A DNA stretch of 63,207 nt, filler included, from Nemertoderma westbladi (Eukaryota; Animalia; Xenacoelomorpha), in the NCBI GenBank assembly GCA_032718475.1. It is 4 parts of 4 records of this genome, joined end to end, with 100 filler letters (N's around TTAATTAATTAA, not from the genome) between each part and the next. Parts side by side here need not be neighbours in the genome. Positions count along the whole stretch, not along the records: positions 1 to 25,020 come from JAUCBJ010001426.1; positions 25,121 to 50,981 come from JAUCBJ010003343.1; 2 more parts are not named here. One strand, given 5' to 3'. Below, piece by piece: positions 13,540-25,440 of the stretch; within the stretch, counting starts at the first letter, position 1, and each line of letters begins with the position of its first letter. Both the position numbers and the translations under genes were made by a program. Under the pieces are notes generated by a model. That model saw only the letters and a program-made list of their open reading frames with translations, did not search any database and had not been told where the DNA came from.

Positions 13540-13935
13540 GTTAGTACATCCTTTTATCATTGGTTTCTAGTCAGATATTTATTGTAGTTCATAATGCCCT
13601 GCACAACCCAAGCAATTCTTCCCACCATAAACCCTCATTTCTACTGTATTATCGTGAAATTTGAATATAAATATTATCGTCGTGTAATTAGTGTTAATAA
13701 TCCGATATAGGTACCACAAAGGGAAGGAACTCTGTTTATTATATTATTGTATCTTTCTAATTTTAAATGTTATCAGATTTCATCTGCAAATATGATGCCG
13801 AAAATGATATAATGTTTATTGTTTCTAACAATAATATTTTTTTAATATGTACTACCGTTGTTGAAGTTGCAAAATATTTTAGATTTAATTTGCTTTTCTA
13901 AATGTTCGAAATATTTTATTTATTTTAATGAATGC

Positions 13936-14560
13936 AGTCAGGTCAGGTTTGTGAGTTCTGGTCATGACCTATGGTCATATATCCAGAAATCCTGCTCTTG
14001 ATGCAATTAAAACCCCAGCATGTAGCTGTGCGTTGCCATCCAAAGACCTGGTGCCCACGGGTTGTCATAGAGCAGCACGAAATGCCTTACTGCTGCACGT
14101 AAAAGGCATACCTTTAATGAAGATAATGAGATACCACAGCTCTTCCAGATGATCAAATGTAGCAGAAGTTGTTCACATTATGTACCAGTCCATCCAACGA
14201 TTGAATCTCGAGCAACATGTTGCCGGCCTGAGTTCATCTTTACTATTTACAAAAAGGACAATACTGGATGTAGACTCATCTACGCTATATTACAGCTTCT
14301 GCGTTCCATCTATTGTCTCCGACAGCAAATCAATATCATCAGCAAAGTCAAGATCGTTTAGATATTCTGCATGGTCCCAACCTCTACCTGATTGTGGAGA
14401 TAATTCCACCCCTTCAGGTCGATATTTGTGAATATTGAAAGATGTCTTAAGCATAGTACAGTACAAGTCCACCACAATAATATAATAATGAAGAGGTATG
14501 GGGCTGATGTGTCTTCAGGATGGACACCCAGAGAATCTCGAATGCGTCTTTTCAGTAGGC
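13936..14560 (-). pseudogene. Decayed RTE-clade LINE reverse transcriptase fragment and 3' end
   Basis: Frameshifted pieces GVHPEDTSAPYLFIII (cf. GVLQGDTLAPYLFII) and YLNDLDFADDIDLLSETIDGTQKL (FADD motif); (cctga)n tail at 13936-13947. Confidence 0.75.
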
Positions 14561-14965
14561 CTAGTGGGTACGAATGTCGTGGATACGTTTTAAAATGAAA
14601 AATTTGTAACATGAATGGGCGTGACTCAGAACCATTGGCCTTGAATAAAATCCACAAAGATGCTAGCCGCATGTTCCCATTGTTAAAGTCACCCAAAAAG
14701 TTTGAATGCACGATGATTCACTCCATCACAAGTTACATGTTGTCTTTCAGAACTTGAGAAGTGATAACGGATGATGTGGTTTGTGATTTGGTCTATTTTG
14801 TCCAAAGCCGCATGCGCAATTTGATTCATAAATAGAGCAACGTCCCTCAATCATTTACCACTGCCATCTGCTGATACAAGGCCAAATCGTCAACCACCTC
14901 CCATTTCCTTATGTATTCTATTTTGTATTAAATACCACGTCCTGGTTTCCCATTTACATAGTGGG

Positions 14966-15045
14966 CTGTATGCAGCTCATCTGTTGGGCCATGCGCCGCA
15001 CTCCTGCTGAAGTGAGGCGGATGGCCCAACAGATGAGCTGTACAG
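14966..15045. other. Strong hairpin (20-bp perfect inverted repeat plus extension)
   Basis: cagctcatctgttgggccat (14973-14992) / atggcccaacagatgagctg (15021-15040), with further pairing inside and outside. Confidence 0.85.
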
Positions 15046-15863
15046 TGCAAGTCGCATTTGAGTGTACCCATACGAGTAATGAGAGCACTGTACTTGTGGA
15101 TCAGCTATTGGTATATGCCATCTGCGTGGTCTTCTACTGCTACTCGGCACCATCTGCCGCCTGGTCGTGCAATATACCCATGCTACCGAGTATATGGTCC
15201 CTTATCCCAAGCCAAAATCATACTTACAAGATAAGATGATGGATGCCCTTTGTACCAGGGTCTACCAAACCACAAGGTGGCTCCTCCTTTATGCTGCATG
15301 GTGGTACTGTAGCACGTTTTCTGGATCAATGAGCTGAGGTCAGTAGTCCTGACCTGACTTCATTCGTTAAAATACAGTAAGTATTTAGTCAATTAAATTC
15401 AAAACTATATGTTGCTTATACACGAGTTAGGCCTTCGTGCAGCAAAAGCTGCAAGCCATCTTAGCGAACAATTATAATTATACTATGGCTAGTTATACTG
15501 TATCTTGGCTTCCGACACACACACAGACTTTTAGAAACGGCCATACTATAATTATATAAATTCGCTGATGACTCGCAGTTTTGTCTCGCCCCACAACAAA
15601 ATTATTGTTACTTAAAATCATAAATTTTATGTCACTATCTGCATCATATTGGCAGATAACATCTGTATAACATCAGAACATTAAAAAATGTAAAATAATA
15701 AAAGGATTAACTTTTGTGGTAGATGCCGTTGTCGGGGCCATGTCGGGCAGTTTGCTAGAATCTCGAAAAATAAAAGCTACAAATTTGCTTTTGTTGTATA
15801 TAAATAATAATATAACATGTGTACATAATAATGTGCACATTATAACATGCATGTGCACATATA

Positions 15864-16482
15864 ACACGTTCGTGGGGACTTCGCGCAGCACGTAGTCGGC
15901 AAGCCTTGGCATACGGTTCATATAGAGCAAATGGGGCATGTCTAGTTTGGACCCCATATCCCATGCTATAAATGTATTCATTCGATATACAATCATATGT
16001 TAATCCGCTAGGTGGTGTCAAATTGTTATTCTGCAATTTCGTACTTACCAGTGCAGCACTGTACAGCAGTACCGTACCGGTAGGCCTATGTCATTACTTC
16101 TGAGTCTCTAGCGGATCCCCAATTAAATGTCTTAACTTTTCAATTTCGTAAAAGATAGACTTCATGATTCTCTACAGGCCACCAAAATTTCAGCTCAGGA
16201 AAATGAGGCCTTCCCGAGAAATTTAACATTTTCTAAAAACCACATAATCTGTCGTAGCTGACGTCAGACTGCATGATTTTTGACCAAACTTTACAAACTT
16301 TCTAAACTTTCTCTCTACTACTTACCTACTAAGTTTGGTTCAATTCCGAACGAGCGATGCCGAGAAATTCGCGTTCAAACATTTACCAGACAGACGGACG
16401 GACAGACAGACGGACATGCCCCATTTGCCCTATATGAACCGTATGCAAAGGCTCGCCGACTACGTGTCTCGCCCCACAATGT
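15864..16482. mobile_element. HINE/Helentron-like non-autonomous element
   Basis: Termini acacgttcgtggggacttcgcgcagcacg... and ...cgtgtctcgccccacaatgt are shared with the elements at 39261 and 56436; ~55-bp subterminal inverted repeat; (gacg/gaca)n microsatellite. Confidence 0.65.
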
Positions 16483-17139
16483 TTACAGTACTGTACATCG
16501 GTAACAGACTGAGTCCTATAGATACTACTGGACCCGTCGAGAAAACAATTATCACCCGTCATTAAGTTATACATCCTATTATATGGTACCTTACCTACGA
16601 GATACAACATTTCGACCTATTAAAGTCGACGATGTCTTATCGTCAAGTTGTTTTTTACGACTAATGTCCGCCATGGGGGCCTCCAGATATTGGTATTTTA
16701 TGCAATTGTGTTGTCAAACCGTGCCCCAACTCCCCCGCCTGGAGTGATACCATTTAATTAACTGGAACTTATTATTATTGTTCAACAGTCATGATTGGAA
16801 AAAGTCTATAGAATGCGGCGTTTCCGTCATGTAGGCCTATCGCCTATCAACTCAATATCCAATCAATCAACATTGAACCAATCGCAACCCTCCAACTGGC
16901 CATTGAACTACATTATGTAGTAGTGAGGGTTGGTAACTCCCTTTGATGATATTTTTAAATGTACCCTATATTTCAATATTAGAATTGCTCATGCATCTTT
17001 AGTGTACGGCCTCCCATAGTCTACCATGTATTCTATCATTCGAGATGCAGGCTGCAAAATATACAACATCGAGGATGTCCGTTTTTGCATCTTGCCTCTC
17101 TCTAGTGTTTGGCGAGCCTATCTCGTTGCAACGCAATAC

Positions 17140-17715
17140 TTAGAGCCATCTGCAGTCCCCCTTTCTGCCACCAGAGGGCGAAATGTCTGACTTTGTTATT
17201 TACAATCCCTTCAAGCTGATACTTTTATTTATGGTATACAGTATAACATAGCATAGGCTGCTATGGCATACTTTTAGTATTTAAACCCCATTTTATTATT
17301 TACACATTGGCTTTTCTCCAGTATAATGGGCGAACCGGACTACTCTTGAAATAATATGGTTTCTGTGATAGCATTAAGAATGTGATAACGAAGGTACATA
17401 ATGTTGCTGCACTGCTATACTCTTGTGTTTACCTTTAAGTTAATATATGGCTATTAGTGACTTTTGCAAGTTTTTCCGAATTAATGATGTAGGCCCCCAC
17501 TCATTTTAAAATGAGAACATAATTACAGTAATTGAATTAGTGACTCTTATAAAAATATGAAAAGTACATAATTATTTTCCTTAAAAAATATGAGTAAATA
17601 ATAAAATGGGATTTCAATACTAAAAATATGCCATAAGGCTGCATCTTTATAGAGACGCAGACCCGCCTGTATTTCCAAAGTCTGCCGGTAGAGGGTGATA
17701 TGTCTGAAAGTGATC
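17140..17715 (+). mobile_element. Diverged fragments of the CTCF-site-bearing element, interrupted by a MITE-like insert
   Basis: ccatctgcagtccccctttctgccaccagagggcgaaatgtctga (17148-17190) and gtctgccggtagagggtg...tgtctgaaagtga (17680-17713) match the 315-bp unit at 56.6-57.5 kb; ~45-bp degenerate inverted repeats at 17262-17307 / 17590-17635. Confidence 0.55.
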
Positions 17716-20076
17716 ATTTTTTCCAACTTTGTTATTTACATCTGCTTCACTTCGCCCCCGTGCCCGTGTTCCCCTCCAGTCGACACGTTACTTCTATTCT
17801 AAGCTGAAACTTTACAGGTAGTTCAGAATAAAAACCCACCACCTACTTTCCTTCACAACCCCATGTAGCACGACAGCCCCCAGAAAGCAAAGCTGCCAAC
17901 CATAAAATCACCTCGCCACCGTCTTTTATGGAGAAATCTAAAGAAGATTATAATGATCCTGCTGTTTGCCAGTGTTTTTCTCTTAATAAGGAAAAAATTA
18001 ACGTACAGGTGAGATGCGAGATGTATTGCGTTGGCCTAAACTCCATCACCATTACACGGGCAAGCGACTGACCATGAAATGAGATAAACCTACTACTTAA
18101 CTATTAATGTGTCAATTTCTTTGTGTAAATAATTAAGTGAGCGGTCAGCCATTTAACGACGACCATTTCCTCTTGCGACCATCTTCTACTGTAATGTGTG
18201 CATTCCACGATTAATAGTGCGATTAATTGAGAAACAAAGAATTCATAATTCCCATCCCATAAATAATATTTTGCTAATGGTGAAAATATCGCTACACATT
18301 ACTTATTTATTAACTGGAGAAAGCTGAGCATATAATATTTCAGCTTTCTAATTGATTTCCAAACCGGTGTTGTCTGTACTCATCATGACCCACACCCATA
18401 TCCCCTGGTATCTAGCCCATAGCACCAAATTTTTAAAATCGTTTTTGCTAATATTGAGTCCCCGTTTTATCTGTTAATCTTAAAATATGAATTAATATCG
18501 ACGAATTTACCTTATTATCAACGATTACCATACCGACCTATTCTTTATCGCAGTGCGATCTGCATCGATTCTCGATATGATATATTTATTATTCAGATGT
18601 CGATGACCTATTATCTATTACATTGACGATAATATCCTGCAGTTAGTCCAGATTTCAGGCTTGGGGTATGGTGATAGTAATATTATGATAGTGTCTATGA
18701 AAATATACAAATTTAAAGTTCGAACTCTGTATGTATCCCTGCTTGATTGCGCGGATAATTTAAGTATTCCGTAATTATTTTGCTTCTTCGTCGCGATTTG
18801 TACATAATTTGTCATTTTTTTTAGTTGGTATAACTGCGACGGTATTGATGAAATATTGGTTAGGTTATAGAACAAATTGCGGTTTCTCTGTCAGATGTGG
18901 AAAAAATTTTCGAATCTCTGAACCAATGACAAGTTTTCTAGAACTGTAAATGGGATGTAATAATAATTATTTATTACCTACCTAACTAGAGAATCGATTT
19001 TCCCGAGGAAAAAGGTACTCACTTTTCTCCGGATTTTGGGGTGTATTCGAGCGAAAAGTAACAATTTAAGAATATAGGATTTTTTTTGCTGGGAATATAA
19101 GTTTTTAAAAATTTTGCCGGACTCATCAACATCACACGCATGAACTTTTGTTGTATCCAACATCTTATTGATTAAACTTTTGTTTCAGAAACCAGTCGCA
19201 GCAACAAAATGTGTTCCGTGTAAGGGGGCCTAAGATCAAAGTTTAAAAATTAAATTTTAATCCAAAAATAATACTATCTGACGACCAGTAGGATGTTCCA
19301 TATAACTTAGGTATATTTTTAAGACAAATTATTCCGGCGCCGGATCCACCGTCATTCAGGCCGGAAATGGAAACTTAGGAATTGGTTCGGATGTTTTTTG
19401 GTAGAATGGGGTAACAATGACTGCTCCCTTGGAAATGAAGAAACATATTGATATTATGATGAATATGGATGATAAATATTTTGCCGAGATAAGTGGGCGT
19501 TCAATAGTTGCATGTTTTGTCTTTTGTTGCATTTAGAATTGTTTGCGCCATTACTGTACCTCATGTAAATTGTAAAGTGTAAACATTGAAGATTGAACAT
19601 TTTTAGTAAACATTGAAATTTCATTCATGTTTACTGTGTAACTTGTAAACATGAATTTTATGGTGGTACGATTTGCATCTCATAGAACAGCATAAAACAA
19701 TATATATAATAATTTATAGTCGAGTAAATCTAGCAAAAAAACCATGTTTTATAAATATTTCGCAATTAATCCGAACCACATAATTTTGGATTCTATATTA
19801 GCTTGTTACTGACCAAAAAATTTTGCGGATCATATGTTTATTCATGGAAATTCTGCGTAAATTTGCTTAAAACAAAAGCCAAACAAAAGTAACAGTAGGG
19901 GAGAGTAAGCATCAAATTAGTAATGTTCTAGAATAATTAAATTAATTTTCACAATAAGCTTGGTTTCAATGGGAAATTAGTAATATTTAAACTGGCGTGT
20001 TACACATTAATTGCTATATCTCAGTAACTAGAAGTCGTATCAAATTTTTAAATATATCAAAAACTTCACGATATAT

Positions 20077-20524
20077 TAAGGGTTACCCCCCACCCCCCCC
20101 CCCCCCCCCTGGTGTTTTTAAATTTGTTTATATCTCCAATGTGGTTGATAAATAGAAATGTAAAAATCACAAAAAAAGGTTAAGAAATAGTAGTGTTTTT
20201 TGTGTGAAAAAATGTAATTCCGAGATAATTGCCTTTGAAGTTTGAACCTTCCCGCGCAAAAACTGTCTGTTAACGTATATACATGTATATACATCAATAT
20301 ACAACGTCAATATATATCTAGCAACACGAAAGCAAAAAACCATGCTAAGATTATTGCTATGGGGGTTTTCCTGGTCTCTGATTTCATTTCTGAGGTCAGT
20401 TTTAAGTTTTAATGAAATCTAGTTTGTCTGTCTGTCGATTCTGCTCTAGATGAAATAAAAAAAATCGAAAATTTTAACCAGGGGGGTTACCCCCCCCCCC
20501 CCCCCCCTCCCCCCATCCCTTAAG
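20077..20524. mobile_element. MITE-like element with TTAA flanks (Kolobok-like)
   Basis: ttaa|ggg...ccc|ttaa ends; internal similarity to the 5.3-5.6 kb module. Confidence 0.4.
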
Positions 20525-21218
20525 GTAACTGATGCAAAAAAAATTATATAATTCCATTTATTATAAAATTATTATATAATTCCACTGAAGGGAAATGTTA
20601 TAATTTCTAGTAGGCCTATATAATGTTAGTGAAGATTTTGTACGTAATAAAATTGAATTCACTGTATTGAATTTTGGTGTAATTATATTATTTGTTTTAG
20701 TTTAAAAATCACAATAGTTTATCATATGGCTGGGTATTATTTTGGAAATAAGGGTTTTAGAGGCATCCACCCGTTTAGTAGAGAAGTTGCCATGAATTGT
20801 ACCAGCACAATTGGTATTAAAATGGTTGAATGATTAGAAAAATTTCCGTTGCTCTGGAAACTTACTTCTTTGTGCTTTGTGGGCATTAACAAGTTAATGT
20901 CTGAATGTAGAATAAAAAAAATTGGTTTGGATGAATTGCGAATTTGTTATGGGTTTACCCCCTTTTTTGGCTAGATTGACTCGCCCAATAGGCCAAGGTC
21001 TAAGCGATATATATACTTATAAATAATAATATTAGGAATGATGGAATAATATTAATAATAATATATCGTCTAGGTAATACAATGCTGCAATATAATATAA
21101 AAGTCGGCTGGATTGGACAATAATTAAATATGGAGACCATCCTGCCATCAGATAAAACTACAGGGTTTAAGGGGCACCAATTCTGCAATCCATGCAATCT
21201 CCAACTGCTTTCTAACTG

Positions 21219-21848
21219 CTACGTGGACCGTAACTGCGCTAATTGTTTCTCTATGTCGTCATCTGTGATTTCCTCAGATCTGTCCATTTCTTTACGACCG
21301 GCTCTAGGGGCTGCTCCCACTTTTGCCGCCATGTCTATCCCAATCTCGTCCAGTACCCGCCCCACAATGGCATCAGACTCTTCTTCGTCACCTGACTCGT
21401 TGAATATATCCTCCAACGTATCGTCTATCATCTCCTCAGTCATGCCAAACTTCATTGATTCCTTCTCAAACTCCGCCATTTGCTGGGCAGTTTTCTGCGG
21501 GTCCATTAGTTTGTTCATTCCTTGCATTGTTTTGGTTGTTGAACCCATAGCGGATGCGACGGCAACGTTGGCCCCGACCGCTCTGTTCTGGGCCCCGATC
21601 GCAGTTACTTTAGATGAGGCAGTGATACTCCTCTGCTTCTGTTTACGTAGATTAACCAGTTGTTTGGCCAGAACTGTGACGCTCTGTTTGTTTCCTTGTT
21701 TGGCCGCCTTTTTTATTTCCAATTCCAACCGCTTTTCCTCCCGCTCCAGAGCCAAACGGTCGCGCTCCAGTCCACGTTGTGTGTGTCGCAGGTCCCGGTC
21801 TGTCGCCCGTACTTGCTCTTTCGCTGTTGGCTTATTGAATAACGGCAT
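21219..21848 (-). CDS. CHMP2B: Charged multivesicular body protein 2b (ESCRT-III, Snf7 family), 209 aa, intronless CDS
   Basis: Colinear with CHMP2B: RDRLALEREEKRLELEIKKAAKQGNK, VLAKQLVNLRKQK, MDPQKT, MTEEMIDDTLEDIF, DEEESDAIVGRVLDEIGI, C-terminal MIM1-like DDDIEKQLAQL; ATG to TAG. Confidence 0.96.
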   Translation of the reverse strand: MPLFNKPTAKEQVRATDRDLRHTQRGLERDRLALEREEKRLELEIKKAAKQGNKQSVTVLAKQLVNLRKQKQRSITASSKVTAIGAQNRAVGANVAVASAMGSTTKTMQGMNKLMDPQKTAQQMAEFEKESMKFGMTEEMIDDTLEDIFNESGDEEESDAIVGRVLDEIGIDMAAKVGAAPRAGRKEMDRSEEITDDDIEKQLAQLRST

Positions 21849-22276
21849 CCTGACTGAACTAGACTATTCCAGTATTCGGTCCAGTCACTGAGTCAGCCAG
21901 TTCAGAATTACAATGCCGCTACCAATAATTATGTAAGCCTAAGCGTAAGGCATAAATAAGGTTACCGGTATGCAGGTATGTTGCGATCAAGATCAAGGCC
22001 TACCACAGTACCACCTACCGCCCTACCTGCCTACAGCCCTACCGGTACTCAGAACTCATCTTCAGCTACCCAGCTCCCAGACTGCAGTACCTGAGTAGGT
22101 ACTGTACTAGAAGATCAAAGCAAGGCAAGCTGTGCATTCGACAGCTAGCTGGCAAGAGCTACTGAGCTACAACAGAGGCCGAATTTTATTTTTTTAACAG
22201 TAGGCCTGCTGGCTGACTGCAGGACTGGCTACTGCTGCTGAGGATACAGTAGTGAACATCAGGGACATGCTGACAT

Positions 22277-23610
22277 GTTTAAGTTTAAGTTTAAGTTTAA
22301 AATACACTCTTTAATAATTCACATAAACATTCATTTTAAAAGGCACAATTAAATATACAGTATTTAGGAACTAATGAACTAATAATGCATTAGCATGTTA
22401 CTGCTGTGAAGTACTGTAGAGATTAGAGACACAGAACAAATTATCGGTACTTAATAATTACACTTAATTTCGTTAAAATTAAAGTAAAACAAAATATTTT
22501 CAATATTAATTAAAAAGAAAAATTTAAAATACGCACGGATTAACCCTGGTAAAAGTCGACCATAAAATAAGGAGCACATTGAATTCAAACTCCTATGCAA
22601 TGTGCATAATTCGTACAGTATATGTAATGTACTTCGCCCTGTATACAAAAACAACAATACATAATTTACACAGAAAAAAACGTACTGTATACTTGCATAA
22701 AATAAAGACAAATAATTTGGAAAGAGGAGAAGACCACCCAGGCAATATAGCACTTACGGGGGCCCGAAAATTGAAATTATCGGTCAAAGTGGCAATAATC
22801 TTGAAAATCAATATCCATTAATCGAACTGAAAAAATATTTGGGGTTGGCGAATCTACTAGAGATTGAGGTAATGAGTTCCATACAGGCACCACCCTATTA
22901 GAAAAAAAGTATTTTGAGATTAAAAGACGTGAATGAGAAACAAGTAATTTGTGAGAATGACCCCTAAGCCCAGGTCTACCTGTATAAGAAAAATATTCAT
23001 CAAAACACAAATCAACTAAATTTCTCTCAATTTTATACACCATCTTTAAATCAAAAATTATGCGCCTAACTTCCAATGGTTGTAACTTAAGAAACTGCAG
23101 TCGATCTACGTAGGTCATATATGGTAGTTTGCAACGGGCAAACAATCTGCGGGTGAAGTACTTTTGGACACGTTCGACCAAATCAATTGTACATTTATGA
23201 TGAGGAGACCAAATGTAAGTACAATATTCCACTAAAGGACGAATATATGCTTTGTAAGCCGTAATAAGGGCAGATCGATTTGCAGTACGGAAGCACCGAA
23301 ATATCATATTGGTTATTTTATTTGCTTTGGCGGCTTGCTCCCTACAGTACACATTAAATTTCAAGTCAGGGCACATAATCATTCCTAGATCCTTGCCATC
23401 CATGCATTCCAATTTTAAACCACTTAAAAAGTAAGGGTTTTCAGGGTTATTTAGTCCTAAGTAAAGCACTTGACACTTATGACTAGCTACGTTAAGTTGC
23501 CATGTATTAGACCAGGACGACAAAGCACCCAAAGAATCACATAAATTAATATAATTAGAAGACGGTGCATAAATCTTTACATCATCAGCGTATAATTTGA
23601 TGTGTAACAC
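22277..23610 (-). mobile_element. 5'-truncated CR1/L2-group LINE (RT C-terminal part, 3' UTR and tandem tail)
   Basis: ORF 22777-23670 has KLYADDVKIY, AYKAYIRPLVEYC..IWSP, LRGHSHKL, KYFFSNRVV..WNSLP; 3' end has a (ttaaac)n tail at 22277-22300. Confidence 0.92.
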
Positions 23611-23899
23611 TCTATGCTGTAACAGACCTTCTAGTACAGTAGTAGGTCTTGAACATAATTGATGGCTCATTCCATTCCTGTTTGGGGGCCTCCCTCCATC
23701 CTATTTCCTACTGTAACCTGTCCACATTGCTGCTTAAAGCCTATTTATACTGCTGTACTGGTATCCTACCACCTACTGCCAGACTGCACATATTTTTCAT
23801 CTTGTTGTCTACTGGTACTGTGGTACCTGGGTACGGTAATGGCTGACTAGTACTGCATTATGCAAAAGCCATTATTGTTGGATTGTGATGGTGAATCCA

Positions 23900-24550
23900 G
23901 GAATCATGCACTTTTATGTGTGTGCAACCACTACGACTGCGCGATATATTATATAGTGCTACCTACATCACATCAAGCCACATTTGGAACTGGTGGTCTG
24001 GTCCAAACACGATCTCGTTATATCTGCCCCACCATCATGTTCTGTTTGTTCCAAGACACTAACTCTTGTTGAACGTAAGTCACAAGTCTCTGCGAAGAGC
24101 CATCAAAACCCTAATGGCTTTCTGGGTTTGGATGGTAAACTTGATCATGTGACATCCTTTAGCCTCTCTTGTGGATGGTATATGTTTGGATATGGTCTCA
24201 CTGTGACCGAATGCCCTGTTATTACGTTTTGTATTCTGCCAGGCAGCCAGGGGTTGTTGTTACCAGTGGTTGTTCTTGTGTCCTCTCTGTTGTGATCTAT
24301 ATTTCTTGAGCCCCTTGAATGGGCTACATTATTCTGCACTTCATTGAAAGGCCCTAAGGCGTCATAATAGTTATAGCAAGTTGTTGTTGGCTGCGGCTGT
24401 TGTCTATGATCCCTTCCACTGCCTAGATTCAATTTGGGGATTTGTCTACTTGTTCCATTATGATGATTTATATTATTCTGTGGTTTTCGAGATTTATTCG
24501 TTGAAAACAGATTAGTGTTTTGTTGTAAACGTTGGACCCCTGTTGCCATC
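23900..24550 (-). pseudogene. Possible decayed LINE ORF1-like region
   Basis: 142-aa low-complexity ORF with TTCYNYYDAL (cf. the N.F..L linker preceding ORF1 esterase domains), followed by stops; upstream of and co-oriented with the RT fragment. Confidence 0.25.
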
Positions 24551-24831
24551 GCAGAAGAACTGAAACTAAACAAGAATACAGTTACGGATTACGTAAATTA
24601 CGTCACCGAGAGGGCTGCAATGTTCAATTCCTGTGATTATTAAGCATCAGAAGGGACTTTTCAGGATGCACAGTACGAGGAAACTAGATTCTTCCCGGAA
24701 ATGCCACCGGGGGCCGTTCTGTGTGATGTACAGTGTGTGGTTAGCCACACCATGTGAAATCCCGTCAAATAAATCTCGCAAGATGTTTGCCCATTAGTAC
24801 ATCCCAGACAGAAGCGGGGATTCTATGCGAT

Positions 24832-25020
24832 CGAGACAGGGGGGGAAACTGGACGCAAAAACCCGCCTTGGCGAATTAAAAATCCCGCCTCAATGTTAAA
24901 TTCTCAATTTAGGGAAAGGAGCAGGTTACAGTGGCATGTTATTTTAACCAAAACAATAAACTAAATACAATAGAACAGGTTACAGTTTTATTTTTGATAG
25001 TAACAGCTGTTATTTGCGTC
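24832..25020. mobile_element. One arm of the foldback/MITE family seen complete at 49182-49612
   Basis: Near-identical to 49410-49597; truncated by the gap. Confidence 0.8.
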
Positions 25021-25120
25021 NNNNNNNNNNNNNNNNNNNNNNNNNNNNNNNNNNNNNNNNNNNNTTAATTAATTAANNNNNNNNNNNNNNNNNNNNNNNN
25101 NNNNNNNNNNNNNNNNNNNN
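25021..25120. other. Artificial contig linker (N45-TTAATTAATTAA-N43)
   Basis: Identical 100-bp structure occurs three times; the core encodes stops in all frames. Confidence 0.98.
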
Positions 25121-25140
25121 GGGGGGTTGTTACCTACACA

Positions 25141-25171
<31 letters not shown>

Positions 25172-25196
25172 TAAGAGCCCTGTCAAACAGTCTTAC

Positions 25197-25310
25197 CTGT
25201 TTCTTGTTGCAACATATAACGTATCCTAGCAACCATAGGCCACAACTCTGATACATCGTTGGTCGTCTGAACACAGTCCAATCGCTGACCTTGTTTACAT
25301 GGAAGTGAAT
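25197..25310 (-). CDS. Candidate internal exon of an unidentified minus-strand gene
   Basis: ttttggtttttAG acceptor, cag|GTAAGA donor, 114 nt, open in two frames; no recognisable homology. Confidence 0.4.
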
Positions 25311-25440
25311 CTAAAAACCAAAAATACACGATGTTAAAAGGAAGTAAAAAATATGCCCACCATTGAAACAAAACAAAGATAGATTAGCGACAAAAGGAAT
25401 TCGTCGTATTCTCATACAATTACAAGCAAATGCAAGTCGG

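Noticed and set aside
16600-16652. Second hammerhead-like motif (minus strand UUGACGA...GAAA)
   Set aside because: Extra sequence disrupts stem II and there is no proper stem III/cleavage triplet; at best a decayed remnant.
21130-21891. 253-aa + strand ORF
   Set aside because: Antisense shadow of CHMP2B.
25066-25077. TTAATTAATTAA motif inside N runs as a biological site
   Set aside because: Artificial linker; it also means adjacency across gaps (e.g. NAPA next to ACSF2) cannot be trusted.
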